From assembly GCA_965219955.1 (NCBI GenBank), contig OZ244799.1:2624001-2688000 (forward strand): 64,000 nt of DNA. Direction: 5' to 3'. Position numbers and translations under genes: made by a program. The stretch comes from a bacterium (GTDB lineage: Bacteria; UBA8248). Under the pieces are notes generated by a model that saw only the letters and a program-made list of their open reading frames with translations, ran no database searches and had not been told where the DNA came from. The stretch's first letter is position 1. Every line of letters starts with the position of its first letter. Below are positions 1 through 9,980 of the stretch, piece by piece.

Positions 1-39
1 GATCACGGCGTCGGGCTCGAGTTGAGGAAGACGTGGTGA
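1..39 (+). CDS. 3' end of an upstream gene, probable outer-membrane beta-barrel protein (partial)
   Basis: Frame 1 reads DHGVGLELRKTW*, alternating hydrophobic residues with terminal aromatic, like a beta-signal; only 12 codons visible. Confidence 0.35.
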   Translation, partial: DHGVGLELRKTW

Positions 40-133
40 GGCGTGGAGGCCGTTTGAAAGTGCTTTCGGGTTTCCGGGAGAGTTGTTCGAATCTCTCCTG
101 CGGCGGCCTGTGCGCAGACGCAGGAGACCGGAT

Positions 134-1096
134 ATGACCCTGAAACGTTTTCTTTTACCGGCGGTAACACTGGCGTTGCTCTCCGCATGTGGGGGAGGAG
201 GGGGCGGCGGGGCCGCCCCGTCGGCCGTTCCGACGCCGCCTCCCGGCCCCGCCGCCGTGATCGCCACCCATCTGGAAATGACGGACCAGGTTTTCACGGT
301 TCGCGAGCCGGGGCTTCTGGTCGCGAGGGATGGCGAGTCCGAGGGTTCGCCTTCCTATGAACGCACACGGCGCGACGAGGTGGTTTGCGGGGAAGGCGTG
401 TCGTGCGTTTTCCCGGCCGGAGAAGATGGTGGACGGAACATTCTCGACGGTGAATCGCACGTGCGGGCCAGGGCGCGTGACGCCTCGATCGGGTTTCACA
501 AGAGCATCCTCGCTCGGGCAAACGTCCTCCCTGGTCGTATCGGCGGCATCCGGGCCTTCCGTGTGGATGTCCGGGAGCCCTCGGCGGAGGTCTACGGCGC
601 CTGGGGCGAATGGAGCGCCTTTTATGCCGTGTGGGAACGCGACGAGCGCGGCGCACTCGACCTGACGTGGAGCGCTGCCTTCGGGGAGAGTACCGGCGTG
701 CGGCCGACGGCGCCCGGGGGCTCGGCCAGGTGGCGGGGCGGAATGGTCGCGCGCACCCGCGCAGGCGGGGTCGAACTCGAGGGAAGCTCCTTGCTCGTCT
801 ACGACTTTGCGGATAACTCTCTCGACCTGGCGCTGCTGGGCGTCGCGCCAACAGCCCGGGCGACCGCCGGGGGCCGTGTCTACGGCGGCCCCGGAAGCTT
901 CACGTGGCGGGACCTGCCGGTCTCTCCCGATGGAACGTTCGGCTTGCTTTCGGGAGGCAACGCCCGCGCCAGCACCGACCTTCACCCGATACTGGGCCAG
1001 GTGGAGGGCGCGTTCTACGGACCGGATGCCGTGGAGGCCGCCGGCGTGTTCGAGCGCGACGGCGTCGTCGGCGCGTTCGGCGCCGATCGCGAATAG
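134..1096 (+). CDS. Surface lipoprotein with C-terminal TbpB-like beta-barrel
   Basis: RBS CAGGAGA before ATG 134; lipobox LSAC plus poly-Gly linker; C-terminal GAFYGP..EAAGVF..GAFGA motif. Confidence 0.8.
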   Translation: MTLKRFLLPAVTLALLSACGGGGGGGAAPSAVPTPPPGPAAVIATHLEMTDQVFTVREPGLLVARDGESEGSPSYERTRRDEVVCGEGVSCVFPAGEDGGRNILDGESHVRARARDASIGFHKSILARANVLPGRIGGIRAFRVDVREPSAEVYGAWGEWSAFYAVWERDERGALDLTWSAAFGESTGVRPTAPGGSARWRGGMVARTRAGGVELEGSSLLVYDFADNSLDLALLGVAPTARATAGGRVYGGPGSFTWRDLPVSPDGTFGLLSGGNARASTDLHPILGQVEGAFYGPDAVEAAGVFERDGVVGAFGADRE

Positions 1097-1530
1097 AGCG
1101 GCCCGTTCAGGACGCCCGATGCCGCATCCTCCTCATCGGTGACCGGACGGCTGCTTCATGCACGCTCAGTAAATGCGTCCTGCATGCCTTCGAACGCCCT
1201 GGGGGTTGCCCAAATGACTAGGGGATTGTGGCAAGTTACGTTTCAAGCCAGGATGCCAATCCAAGAGGCTGGAATCCATACCCTTTGTTCCCGATACCGC
1301 CGAAATAGCCTGCCCGCGCAAAATCCGGATAGACAGGAAGGGACTCGATTTGCTTATGATGCGAGACTAGAGCGGTGAGCATCCTCACTCTGGTCGGATA
1401 AGACTGCCACGGATTCAGGGAAGGACTTTCTCCACCAGCGCCGGAACGCTCTTCCGGTTCGGGCTCGTTTAGTTGTTGCAGTATTGCACCTAGCCCGGGA
1501 CAAGCGGTTCGGGCTTCACGAAGCTGCAGA

Positions 1531-1620
1531 GGGTCTGTCCGAAAATACGTGTAATCAACGGTCGTGAGCCTTCGGCTTATCCGGCTCAGCCGGATAAGCG
1601 GTCCTCAAACACAACGGACC
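1531..1620 (-). mobile_element. IS256-family right-end remnant
   Basis: GGGTCTGTCCGAAAATACGTGTAA resembles the IR of the intact IS256 (GGGTATGTCCGATTATCTGTGTAA); minus strand reads VFEDRLSG* like the transposase C-terminus LFEDRF, with a hairpin over the stop. Confidence 0.6.
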
Positions 1621-2736
1621 ACCTGCCCGATCAAGGCCACTTATTCAACAATGCAACGCTAAATACTCCCAGTCGCCTCGATCTCCGGGCCGAGAACCTG
1701 TCACCCTCATCGTTTTCCGCCGAAGGCGGCGGAAAGGTCGTGTCTTTCCAAAACGCCGCCCATCCCCTCGTGACGGGGGCCGAAGAACGCGCCCGTCACC
1801 GTACCGAGGTCCTTCCCGCTCCAAGGGTAGCCGGTTCTGTTTCCACTCAATTCGACAATCCTGTATTCCGTATCCGCCCGGTGAAACGTATTGCCCAGGT
1901 CGTCCGCGCGGATCGCGTAGCGCAGGTCGCCGTCTCCCCAAGTCGCGCCGCTCTCGAAGCGCATACCGGTGAAGTCGAGTTCACCCAGAAAATCTCCCAT
2001 GTCGAGAGTGAGCGAGGCGTCGCCGACGACCCCGCCTCCAGAGGGTGTGACCCCCACCAGCGCCCCCCGCCAGGTCACGCTCCCCGAGAGCACCGGGTTA
2101 TCGTAGAGAATGGTCGCGGGTTTGGGACCCATGGCCCAAGGCTGCGGCAGGCCGTTCCTGAAGGCGACGCCGAAGGAAACCTCCCCGGACCCGATTCCCA
2201 GGTCCCCGCGCAGGTGAAACGATGTATCGCTCCACGGCCTGAGGGTTTCCGCGGAAATCTCCTGGGGCTTCACACCGGGCGGAAAGCGGCTGTAAGCCGC
2301 GAGAAGCCCATCGCGGTCGATTGGATGGATCAGGGACCTCGGCTGCGTCCCGGGATAAAACCCCGCATCGCTGAGCGTCGATTCGTACCGCTCCGGGTCG
2401 GTGTGGCTCACGAAACCCACCGCGTGGAGCAGTTCATGGACCAGCACGTGGGTGATTTCCGCATCGCTCAAGGAACCGACTGCTTCGGTGTCGATCAGTA
2501 CTTCGGAATAGGCCGCGCCTTGTCTCGATACTTCGAGGGTTTGCGCGTCCTCGTCCTCGACGTGGTAACTTACCCTTGAGCGCCCCAGTTCCGAGGGGTC
2601 GGCGCCTTCGGGGTAGAATGGATCCGTCTTGGTGATGAAACGCACCCGTATTTCGTTAAAGATTTTCGGATAATCCGGATACGCGAACACGTCGTGGAGG
2701 CGTGGATGCAACCTGATCTGGCGCCCGAAAGGAAGG

Positions 2737-4110
2737 GAGTTACTGTCAAAAGTTGTGTATGAGTTGAATTGAAAGAGGCGGCGCATCCTGCTGAAATGGG
2801 TTTGTTAGAAGCCCGGTCATTCAGCACAAGGAGATGCGCCACCATGAGCAAAGATACGACGATTCCATTTGTAAATCCAGCATTCCGCGACGAGTTGAGC
2901 GACTTGGTACGCGAGGGCGCGCGACGAATCATCCGCCAGGCGGTGGAAGCGGAGTTGGGAGCCTTTCTGGAAGAACACGCGGACGAGCACGATGCGCAAG
3001 GCCGCCGCGCGGTGGTCCGCAACGGTTATCTGCCCTCGCGGGAGGTATTGACGGGTGTGGGCCCGGTCCGGGTCCAGGTGCCTCGGACGCGTGACCGGTC
3101 GGGTTCGGGCCGGCGCTTCCGCTCGGAGTTGTTGCCGCCGTACCTGAAGAAGACGAATCGTGTGGAGGCGGTGATCCCGTGGCTGTACCTGAAGGGGGTA
3201 TCGACGAACGACTTCGGGGAGGCGCTGCGTGCGCTGTTTGGCGAGTCGGTGGGGGGCTTGTCGCCTGCGAGCGTCGCGCGTCTCAAGGAGGGCTGGGACC
3301 GCGAGTACGCGCAGTGGCGCAAGCGGGCGTGGCGCGGCGAGGAGTTCGTATACCTGTGGGCGGACGGCATCTACGTGAACGTCCGCGGGGAGGAGCGTCG
3401 CTGTCTTTTAGTGGTTGTGGGCTGCGATGCGCGCGGCCGCAAGCGCTTCCTGGCCCTGGAGCCAGGCTATCGTGAGTCGAAGGAGAGCTGGAAGGCGGTT
3501 CTGCTGAGCCTGCGGGAGCGCGGCGTGAAGCCGGCAAAGTTGGCGGTGGGCGACGGGAGTCTGGGATTCTGGTCGGCGCTGGCGGAGGTATATCCCGAGA
3601 CCCGGGCGCAGCGCTGCTGGGTGCACAAGACGGCGAACGTACTCGACAAGATGCCCAGGAGCGTTCAGAGGGAAGCGAAGTCGATGCTGCACGAGATGTG
3701 ACCCGCGCGCATGCGAAGAACACGTTCGGACGCTTCTGCGCCACCTGGGAGGAGAAGTACCCAAAGCGGTCGAGTGCCTGGCGAAGGACGAGGAGGAGCT
3801 GTTCGCCTTCTACGACTTCCCGGGGGCGCACTGGCGGAGTATCCGGACGACGAACCCCATCGAGTCGACGTTCGCCACGATCCGCCTGCGAACGGCGAAG
3901 ACGAGGAACTGCCTGAGCGAGAAGTCGGCGCTGAGCCTGGTGCATCAACTCGCCATGAGCGCCGAGAAGCGATGGGGCCGGCTACGCGGCCTGCGTCATC
4001 TGGCAGACGTGATTACCGACGTGAGGTTCATCAACGGGGTGAACGAAAAGGAAACCGGCAGGGAGGCCGCCGAACTCAGGACGGCCATACACAACATTTG
4101 ACAGTAACTC
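2737..4110 (+). mobile_element. IS256-family insertion sequence (degenerate)
   Basis: Terminal IRs GAGTTACTGTCAAA..GTTGTGTAT; 9-bp TSD AAAGGAAGG at 2728-2736 and 4111-4119. Confidence 0.92.
2844..4101 (+). pseudogene. IS256 transposase, frameshifted
   Basis: YLWADG, VGDG, QRCWVHK and IRTTNPIES motifs spread over three frames (breaks near 3700 and 3765). Confidence 0.85.
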
Positions 4111-4751
4111 AAAGGAAGGGCCGTGTTGATGACCTCGACCGCGTCCTGCGCAAGAAGCGCAAAGCGCGAGAACCTCGTGCGTGTCTGCGGTCCGCGCGTC
4201 ACAACCAAGGTGACTACTTTCGCTTCGGGGTAGGTCGCGAGCCCCGTCACGCTTCTCTCTGAGATGTTGTGGCTCGCCGCTATCTGAAGGTACTCGACGA
4301 CGTCGGCGGCGCTCACCCCGTCCCTCACGTTTCCCCTCGATAGGGCGGCCCCGCCACGCGCGCCCGCAGCGTCGAGAGCACCGGCAGGAGGCGCAACATC
4401 GGCGCCCACGTGCAGGGATTCGCCGAATTCCAGCACCGGTGCGCCCGGCCTGAAAGTGTCCTTTCATATATAGTCCGATCTTATATGGTCTTCTAACGAG
4501 ACGCTCGGGAACTCTTCTGCCTGGGCAACCGGTGGAGGAGGGGGAGGAGTGCCTCCTCCTCCGCAGTCGGCCAAGGTGATGAAGGCAAGAAATGAAGTAA
4601 CCAAGTACAGTATGAAGGTCCGCATCGAAAAACTCCGCGCTCACTTCTGTTCTGTATATCATAAACCGCTGCATCAGGTAAAATTCGCCCCGAAACCAGA
4701 AGGCGCGCCTGGGGAATTGCTTGCTTTCGTTGCGAGCCGCCACCGCGGGTA

Positions 4752-4802
4752 CATGCGCCGCCTTCTTCAATTCAGCTCATACACAACTTCTGACAGAAAC
4801 TC
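4752..4802 (-). mobile_element. Orphan IS256 left-end remnant
   Basis: Reverse complement GAGTTTCTGTCAGAAGTTGTGTATGAGCTGAATTG closely matches the left end at 2737. Confidence 0.7.
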
Positions 4803-5112
4803 CCCCGTTGAGCGCGTGAAGCTGTGGCCATTGTTCGTCTTACGCGCCACGCTGGAGCGTCTAGATAGTGACTTTGGGGGTCTCCCATCTTGTGGTACGG
4901 CTATCGAGTTGAACGGCTACTCGATGAGGACGCGGTTGAATACTGCCCGCGCTTCACCATTTGTGGCCATGCGAATCACACGGAAACCGATCACCTGCGC
5001 TCGGCGAGCAAGGATATCTCGTCCACAACCGACATGCCGGTTCACTGGGACGGCCTCACCGGCCGCCGCATCCCGGACTGCGTGGCGGGCAGATTCGATC
5101 AGGAGGGTCTTC

Positions 5113-6279
5113 TCAGAGTATGTCCTTCGCGATGCTGGCGGCGACCCGCTCTGCGGACTCGCGCAACGATTCGCGCGCCAGATGCGCGTAGCGCGCCGTC
5201 GTCTCGATCCGGGCGTGGCCCAGCAGGCGCCCTATCATGGGGAGGCTCTCGCCCAGCGCGAGCGCGCGCGAGGCGAACGAGTGGCGCAGGTCGTGGATCC
5301 GGACGTCCTTGAGACCCGCGCGGGCGCGGAGGACCTTCCAGGCATAATCGATCCGGCCCGTGTGGGTGCCCGGCCTCATTCCCGGAAAGACCCACGGACT
5401 GCCGGGCTTTCGTGGCAGGGCGGCGAGGAGCTTGATCGCAGGCGGGGATAGCGGCACGACGCGCGCGCCTGTTTTCGCGTCGGGCAGCCGGAATGCCCCC
5501 TCGGCAAGCGACACGTTCTCCCAGCGCAGCGAGAGTATCTCGGACTTCCTGCACCCGGTCAGCATCAGGAGGCGGATAACCGCCACGCCGGAAGCTGCCC
5601 CCCCGCCCCGGCGCTCCGCCTCTGCCAGTACGCGTCCCAGGCGGGTGAACTCTTTATCCGTCAGAAACCGCTCCCGGCTGCGCTCGGGGTACCTCATGAT
5701 CGAGCGGCACGGGTTGCATCCTTTGGGCACCATGCCCCAGTTCTCGCCCAGCTTGTACATCAGCTTCAGGGTCCGGACTACGTAGTTGGCCATGAAAGGC
5801 GTCTTGTGCAGCCGCTGGTGTAGTTCAACGACCTGCGCGCGATCGAGCGCCGCCAGCGGCAGGCGGCCCAAGGCCGGCACGATGTGCCCGTACACCACCG
5901 AGCGGATCAGGCTCTCAGAACTCGGTTTGCAGCGTACCGCCACGTGTTCCTCCATGTAGCGCCACGCCAGATCGGCCACGCTCGGTCCGCCCACGGGCTT
6001 CCCCGGCCTTGAAACCCCCTCCTCGCCCGCCTTCACCCGCATGATGAGCGAGGCCGCGCGCTTTCTCGCCTCATCGGCGCTGATCACCCCGTGGCGGCCC
6101 ACCGTCACGCGCCTGGGGCCTCGAGGCCCCCGCGCCTGGGCGATGTAGACTTTGGAACCTGTGGGATAGACCCTGACCCCGAAGCCGGCGAGTTCTCCGT
6201 CCCAGTAGACGGTGTCCTTTGCGGGCTTGAGCCGGGCCACCATCCGGTTCGAGAGCCTCACCCGCTCGAGCTTCGCCAC
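5113..6279 (-). CDS. Tyrosine recombinase/integrase with N-terminal arm-binding domain
   Basis: WD..L.GFGVRV arm domain; catalytic TGCR, KTG, HDLRH, LLGH, TTARY. Confidence 0.93.
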   Translation of the reverse strand: MAKLERVRLSNRMVARLKPAKDTVYWDGELAGFGVRVYPTGSKVYIAQARGPRGPRRVTVGRHGVISADEARKRAASLIMRVKAGEEGVSRPGKPVGGPSVADLAWRYMEEHVAVRCKPSSESLIRSVVYGHIVPALGRLPLAALDRAQVVELHQRLHKTPFMANYVVRTLKLMYKLGENWGMVPKGCNPCRSIMRYPERSRERFLTDKEFTRLGRVLAEAERRGGGAASGVAVIRLLMLTGCRKSEILSLRWENVSLAEGAFRLPDAKTGARVVPLSPPAIKLLAALPRKPGSPWVFPGMRPGTHTGRIDYAWKVLRARAGLKDVRIHDLRHSFASRALALGESLPMIGRLLGHARIETTARYAHLARESLRESAERVAASIAKDIL

Positions 6280-6283
6280 CTCC

Positions 6284-7459
6284 TCATTCCCCCCGGGCGG
6301 CTTGCGTCTCGAGGTGGGACCCGATGCTCTCGCCCACCCGTTTCGCCGCCACCTTCTCCGCCCCGCGCATCAGGTGCGCGTAGCGCGCCGTCGTCGATAC
6401 CTTCGCGTGTCCGAGCAGCTTCCCTATGGCGGGCAGGCCCTCGCCCAGCGCGAGCGCCCGGCTGGCGTAGGAGTGGCGCAAGTCGTGGAGCCTGACGTCG
6501 GGGAGTCCCGCCCGGGACCGGATGCGCCGCCAGAAGCTCTCGAAACCAGGCCCGAAGCTTCCCCCTCCAGGACCCGGGAACAGGAGGGCCTCCCCCGGCG
6601 TGCGGGCAAGGCTATCTAGCACTTCGGCCACCGGCGCCGTCAGGTGGACCATGCGAGGTCCCGACTTGGCGTCCCTCAGGCGCAACTCCCCCGCCGTCGC
6701 GTCCACGTCGTCCCAGCGAAGCGAGAGTATCTCGCTCTTTCTGCACCCGGTCAGCATCAACAGACGGAGCGCCCCGATCATGGAACTCTGCTCCGTGCCC
6801 TCCGCCTCGCATTCTTTGAGCACACAGCCCAGGCGCCGGAACTCATCGAGCGCCAGGAACCGCTCGCGGGGCGGCCTCCGGTAGCGCCGCAACCCCCGGC
6901 ACGGGTTCTCGCCGGGTGGTGCGAGTCCCCATGCCTCGGCCAGCGTGAACATCCTCGACAGAACGTCCACCGCCATGTCCGCCGTCCGCGGCGTCTTCCG
7001 GAGACGGTGGTGCAGCCCCGAGACCTCGGCGCCGCCCACGTCCCCGATTCCCGACTCCCCCAGGACCGGCAGCACGTGCTTCTCGAGTATGCGGCGGTAC
7101 CACTCGATCGTGAGCGGCTTGCAGTGCTCCACGACGTGCACCCGCATGAAGCGCTCCGCCAGGGCGGCGACGGTGAGCTCTTCCGCGGGCGCTGTCTCCT
7201 CGCCCCGCCTGATGCGGTCGATGAGGGCGGAGGCGAGCTTGCGCGCCTCCTCGCACGAGAGCTCTCCGTAGCGGCCGAGCGCCCGGCGCTTCGGCCCCCT
7301 AGGGCCTCTCGACTGCACCACGTAGATCTTGCGGCCCGTGGGGTAGACGCGCACCCCGAAACCCGCCAGGTCACGGTCCCAGAATACGGCGTCTCTTCCG
7401 TCAACACGCAACGCGTTGACGGTTCGCTGCGTAAGCCTCCGTTCACTTCTTCTGGGCAT
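6284..7459 (-). CDS. Tyrosine recombinase/integrase (paralogue of adjacent gene)
   Basis: Same motif set FWDRDLAGFGVRV, TGCRKSEI, KSG, HDLRH, LLGH, TTARY. Confidence 0.93.
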   Translation of the reverse strand: MPRRSERRLTQRTVNALRVDGRDAVFWDRDLAGFGVRVYPTGRKIYVVQSRGPRGPKRRALGRYGELSCEEARKLASALIDRIRRGEETAPAEELTVAALAERFMRVHVVEHCKPLTIEWYRRILEKHVLPVLGESGIGDVGGAEVSGLHHRLRKTPRTADMAVDVLSRMFTLAEAWGLAPPGENPCRGLRRYRRPPRERFLALDEFRRLGCVLKECEAEGTEQSSMIGALRLLMLTGCRKSEILSLRWDDVDATAGELRLRDAKSGPRMVHLTAPVAEVLDSLARTPGEALLFPGPGGGSFGPGFESFWRRIRSRAGLPDVRLHDLRHSYASRALALGEGLPAIGKLLGHAKVSTTARYAHLMRGAEKVAAKRVGESIGSHLETQAARGE

Positions 7460-7887
7460 TGCTCTTCACGGGATAGACGTAATCAAATCGTTGTCGAGCG
7501 GCATCAAACCGGTGCGGATTGGAACACAGGCCTGACCGGGTTGCAAACAGGGGAAGGCGATTTGTCAGGTGATGAAAATGGTAAATGAATATAAATCTGG
7601 GGTTTTTCGTACCTGCTCTCGGTCTTTGCCCGTCTCCATCAGGGGTTGAGAAGTCAAGTACTTCCTCACGTGTCAGGGAAAACCCCGGGTTCCGGTCGAG
7701 TGTCACCTTTGCGAAGAACGACAAGTTACCGGGGGAGCAGAATTCAGACGTTCGACAAGAGCACCGGAAGACAGACATATGATTCGGAACGCAGGCGAAA
7801 CGACCGGTTTTCGTGTATGCGACGCACCGTCCTTTAAATCCTCATCCAACTACAGTTCATCGAGTACGAGAAAGACAAGAGCGGAAG

Positions 7888-8079
7888 ATGACTGTGGGCA
7901 TCCTTTACCGGACGGTAATCGCGTTGTTGAGCATGGTGCTCGGCTTTATGTTATTCGGAGTGGCGAATCAATTCTCACGAAAACCCACGCGTCCCCTGTA
8001 CACGAACCCGCCTGATTCGCCAAACCATTCGCCGATTTACACGGCAATTCGGGAGCGACTTCAGAGACAGTTCTGCTGA
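7888..8079 (+). CDS. Small putative membrane protein
   Basis: One hydrophobic segment VIALLSMVLGFMLFGV; no family recognised. Confidence 0.3.
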   Translation: MTVGILYRTVIALLSMVLGFMLFGVANQFSRKPTRPLYTNPPDSPNHSPIYTAIRERLQRQFC

Positions 8080-8636
8080 TTTGCTCGATTTCCTCTTCTC
8101 GCCCTCTCCTCTCCATATCGAGGATGATGGCCTTTGCGGTGAACATGGCGGAGGGCAACGGGTGAATCTCCGCTTCGATGCCGGGCTTTCTGAGGTAACC
8201 ACATTAGCTCGTGAGGTGATGGAGACCGTCGCAGACTTAACTGATACCACTTCGCTGGATAGGAGCAGTTCGGGGATCACAGTGTTAAATTCGATCACCG
8301 GAGTTCTCACCGACAATACGGACAAGAGCTACACGTATCAAGGAAACGCGAACGGCGCATATATGGCGGACGGAAAGGCCAGTTATTTCAAGGTGTACGT
8401 TTCGCTAACGGCCGAGTTCTAGGATCTAGGCAAAACGGGTTCGGGGACCATCGGGGGCAACGTCACGAAAATAACGGCTGGCGGGAAGCCCATTGACGGA
8501 AGCATTGAATTGCAGGAACAGGTTCTAACTGATAACCTGAGTGTCCTTTTTACAAACGTAGCCGCGGGCGTAGTTGAAGGAAACGCCGACAACGACGCCT
8601 AGAAGGGCTAGTTTTTCGGAATGAGATATGACAAAA

Positions 8637-9980
8637 GAGAGTGTCCGAAGTCTTGTGTAAGTAAGGGTCGAGGGTTCACACTTCACCAGGAGGAGGACCT
8701 TTGATGACGAGACTGAGACCTGAGCTATTGGACGAGTTGCTGTCCGGCTACGAGAAGCCGGAAGACCTGTTGGGCGAGGACGGGCTGTTCAAGCAGCTCA
8801 AGGAGGCTCTTGTGGAGCGCGCGCTGGGCGCGGAGTTGAGCGAGCACCTCGGCTACGAGAAGGGAGACCCAGCCGGACGAGGTAGTGGCAACAGCCGCAA
8901 CGGGCATTCCGGCAAGACGGTTCTGAGCGATGATGGCGAGTTGGACCTGGCGGTTCCCCGGGACCGCAACGGGACGTTCGAGCCGGCGATCGTGCCCAAG
9001 GGGGAGCGGCGCCTCGAGGGTTTCGACGAGCGCATCGTGTCGCTGTACGCGCGCGGGATGAGCGTGCGCGAGATCCGGGGCCACCTCGAGGAGTTGTACG
9101 GGGTATCGGTATCGCCGGACCTGATCAGCCGGGTGACCGACGCCGTGCTAGAGGAGGTGCGGGAGTGGCAGAACCGGCCCCTGGACCCTGTTTATCCGGT
9201 CGTGTTCTTCGACGCGCTGCGGGTGAAGATCCGCGACGAGGGCCTGGTTCGGAACAAGGCGGTCTACCTCGCCCTGGCGATTACCTCCGAGGGCGACAAG
9301 GAGGTGCTGGGGCTTTGGATCGAGCAGACCGAGGGGGCGAAGTTCTGGCTCAAGGTGATGAACGAGCTCCAGGCCCGGGGCCTGCAGGACATTCTGGTCG
9401 CGGTGGTGGACGGGCTCGCAGGCTTTCCCGACGCCATCGGCACGGTATTCCCGCGCACCGCGGTCCAGACCTGCATCGTCCATCTGATACGCAATTCGAT
9501 GTCGTTCGTCGCCTGGAAGGACCGCCGGAAGGTCATGCCCGATCTCAAGGCGGTCTACCGGGCCGAGACGCTCGAAGCCGCGGCGGCCAGGCTCGATGAG
9601 TTCGAAGCCCGCTGGGGGGAGCGCTACCCGGCGGTGGCTCCCGCCTGGCGTCGCGCCTGGGAGCATGTGGCGCCGATGTTCGCCTTCCCGCCGGCCATCC
9701 GGAAGATGATCTATACGACCAACGCCCTGGAGAGCCTGCATCGGTCGTTGCGCAAGATCATCAAGACCCGGGGAAGCTTTCCCAGCGACGAGGCGGCGAC
9801 GAAGTTGCTGTTCCTGGCGATACGCAACGCCGGAGTCCGTTGGCGCCGCCCAGTTGACTGGACCGCCGCGAAGGGGCAATTTGCCATTCTGTTCGAGGAT
9901 CGCTTTCCTGGCTCAGCTAGCTGAGCCAGGAAAGCCCAAAGACCCGAGACCGTGGCTTACACAGATAATCGGACATACCC
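8637..9980 (+). mobile_element. IS256-family element, intact copy 1 (1344 bp)
   Basis: IRs GAGAGTGTCCGAAG../..CGGACATACCC; 8-bp TSD TGACAAAA (8629-8636, 9981-9988). Confidence 0.95.
8701..9924 (+). CDS. IS256 family transposase
   Basis: VPRDRNGTFEP, VFFDAL, VVDGL, QTCIVHL, IYTTNALES motifs. Confidence 0.96.
   Translation: MMTRLRPELLDELLSGYEKPEDLLGEDGLFKQLKEALVERALGAELSEHLGYEKGDPAGRGSGNSRNGHSGKTVLSDDGELDLAVPRDRNGTFEPAIVPKGERRLEGFDERIVSLYARGMSVREIRGHLEELYGVSVSPDLISRVTDAVLEEVREWQNRPLDPVYPVVFFDALRVKIRDEGLVRNKAVYLALAITSEGDKEVLGLWIEQTEGAKFWLKVMNELQARGLQDILVAVVDGLAGFPDAIGTVFPRTAVQTCIVHLIRNSMSFVAWKDRRKVMPDLKAVYRAETLEAAAARLDEFEARWGERYPAVAPAWRRAWEHVAPMFAFPPAIRKMIYTTNALESLHRSLRKIIKTRGSFPSDEAATKLLFLAIRNAGVRWRRPVDWTAAKGQFAILFEDRFPGSAS

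Larger units (their letters stand above)
1707..4625 (-). pseudogene. Lipoprotein with HEXXH metalloprotease domain and TbpB-like barrel, split by IS256 and carrying an in-frame TGA
   Basis: ATG 4625 MRTFILYLVTSFLAFITLADCGGGG; in-frame TGA 4464-4466; removing IS 2737-4110 and one TSD restores INTALPFGRQ in frame; HELLHAVGFVSH; homologous to 27453-30268 genes. Confidence 0.85.

Noticed and set aside
4464-4466. Selenocysteine codon in the lipoprotein
   Set aside because: It lies in a non-catalytic linker of a gene already broken by an IS; no evident SECIS
7470-7560. Possible integrase arm-binding repeats (..CAAA(C/T)..)
   Set aside because: Too short and degenerate to support without other copies
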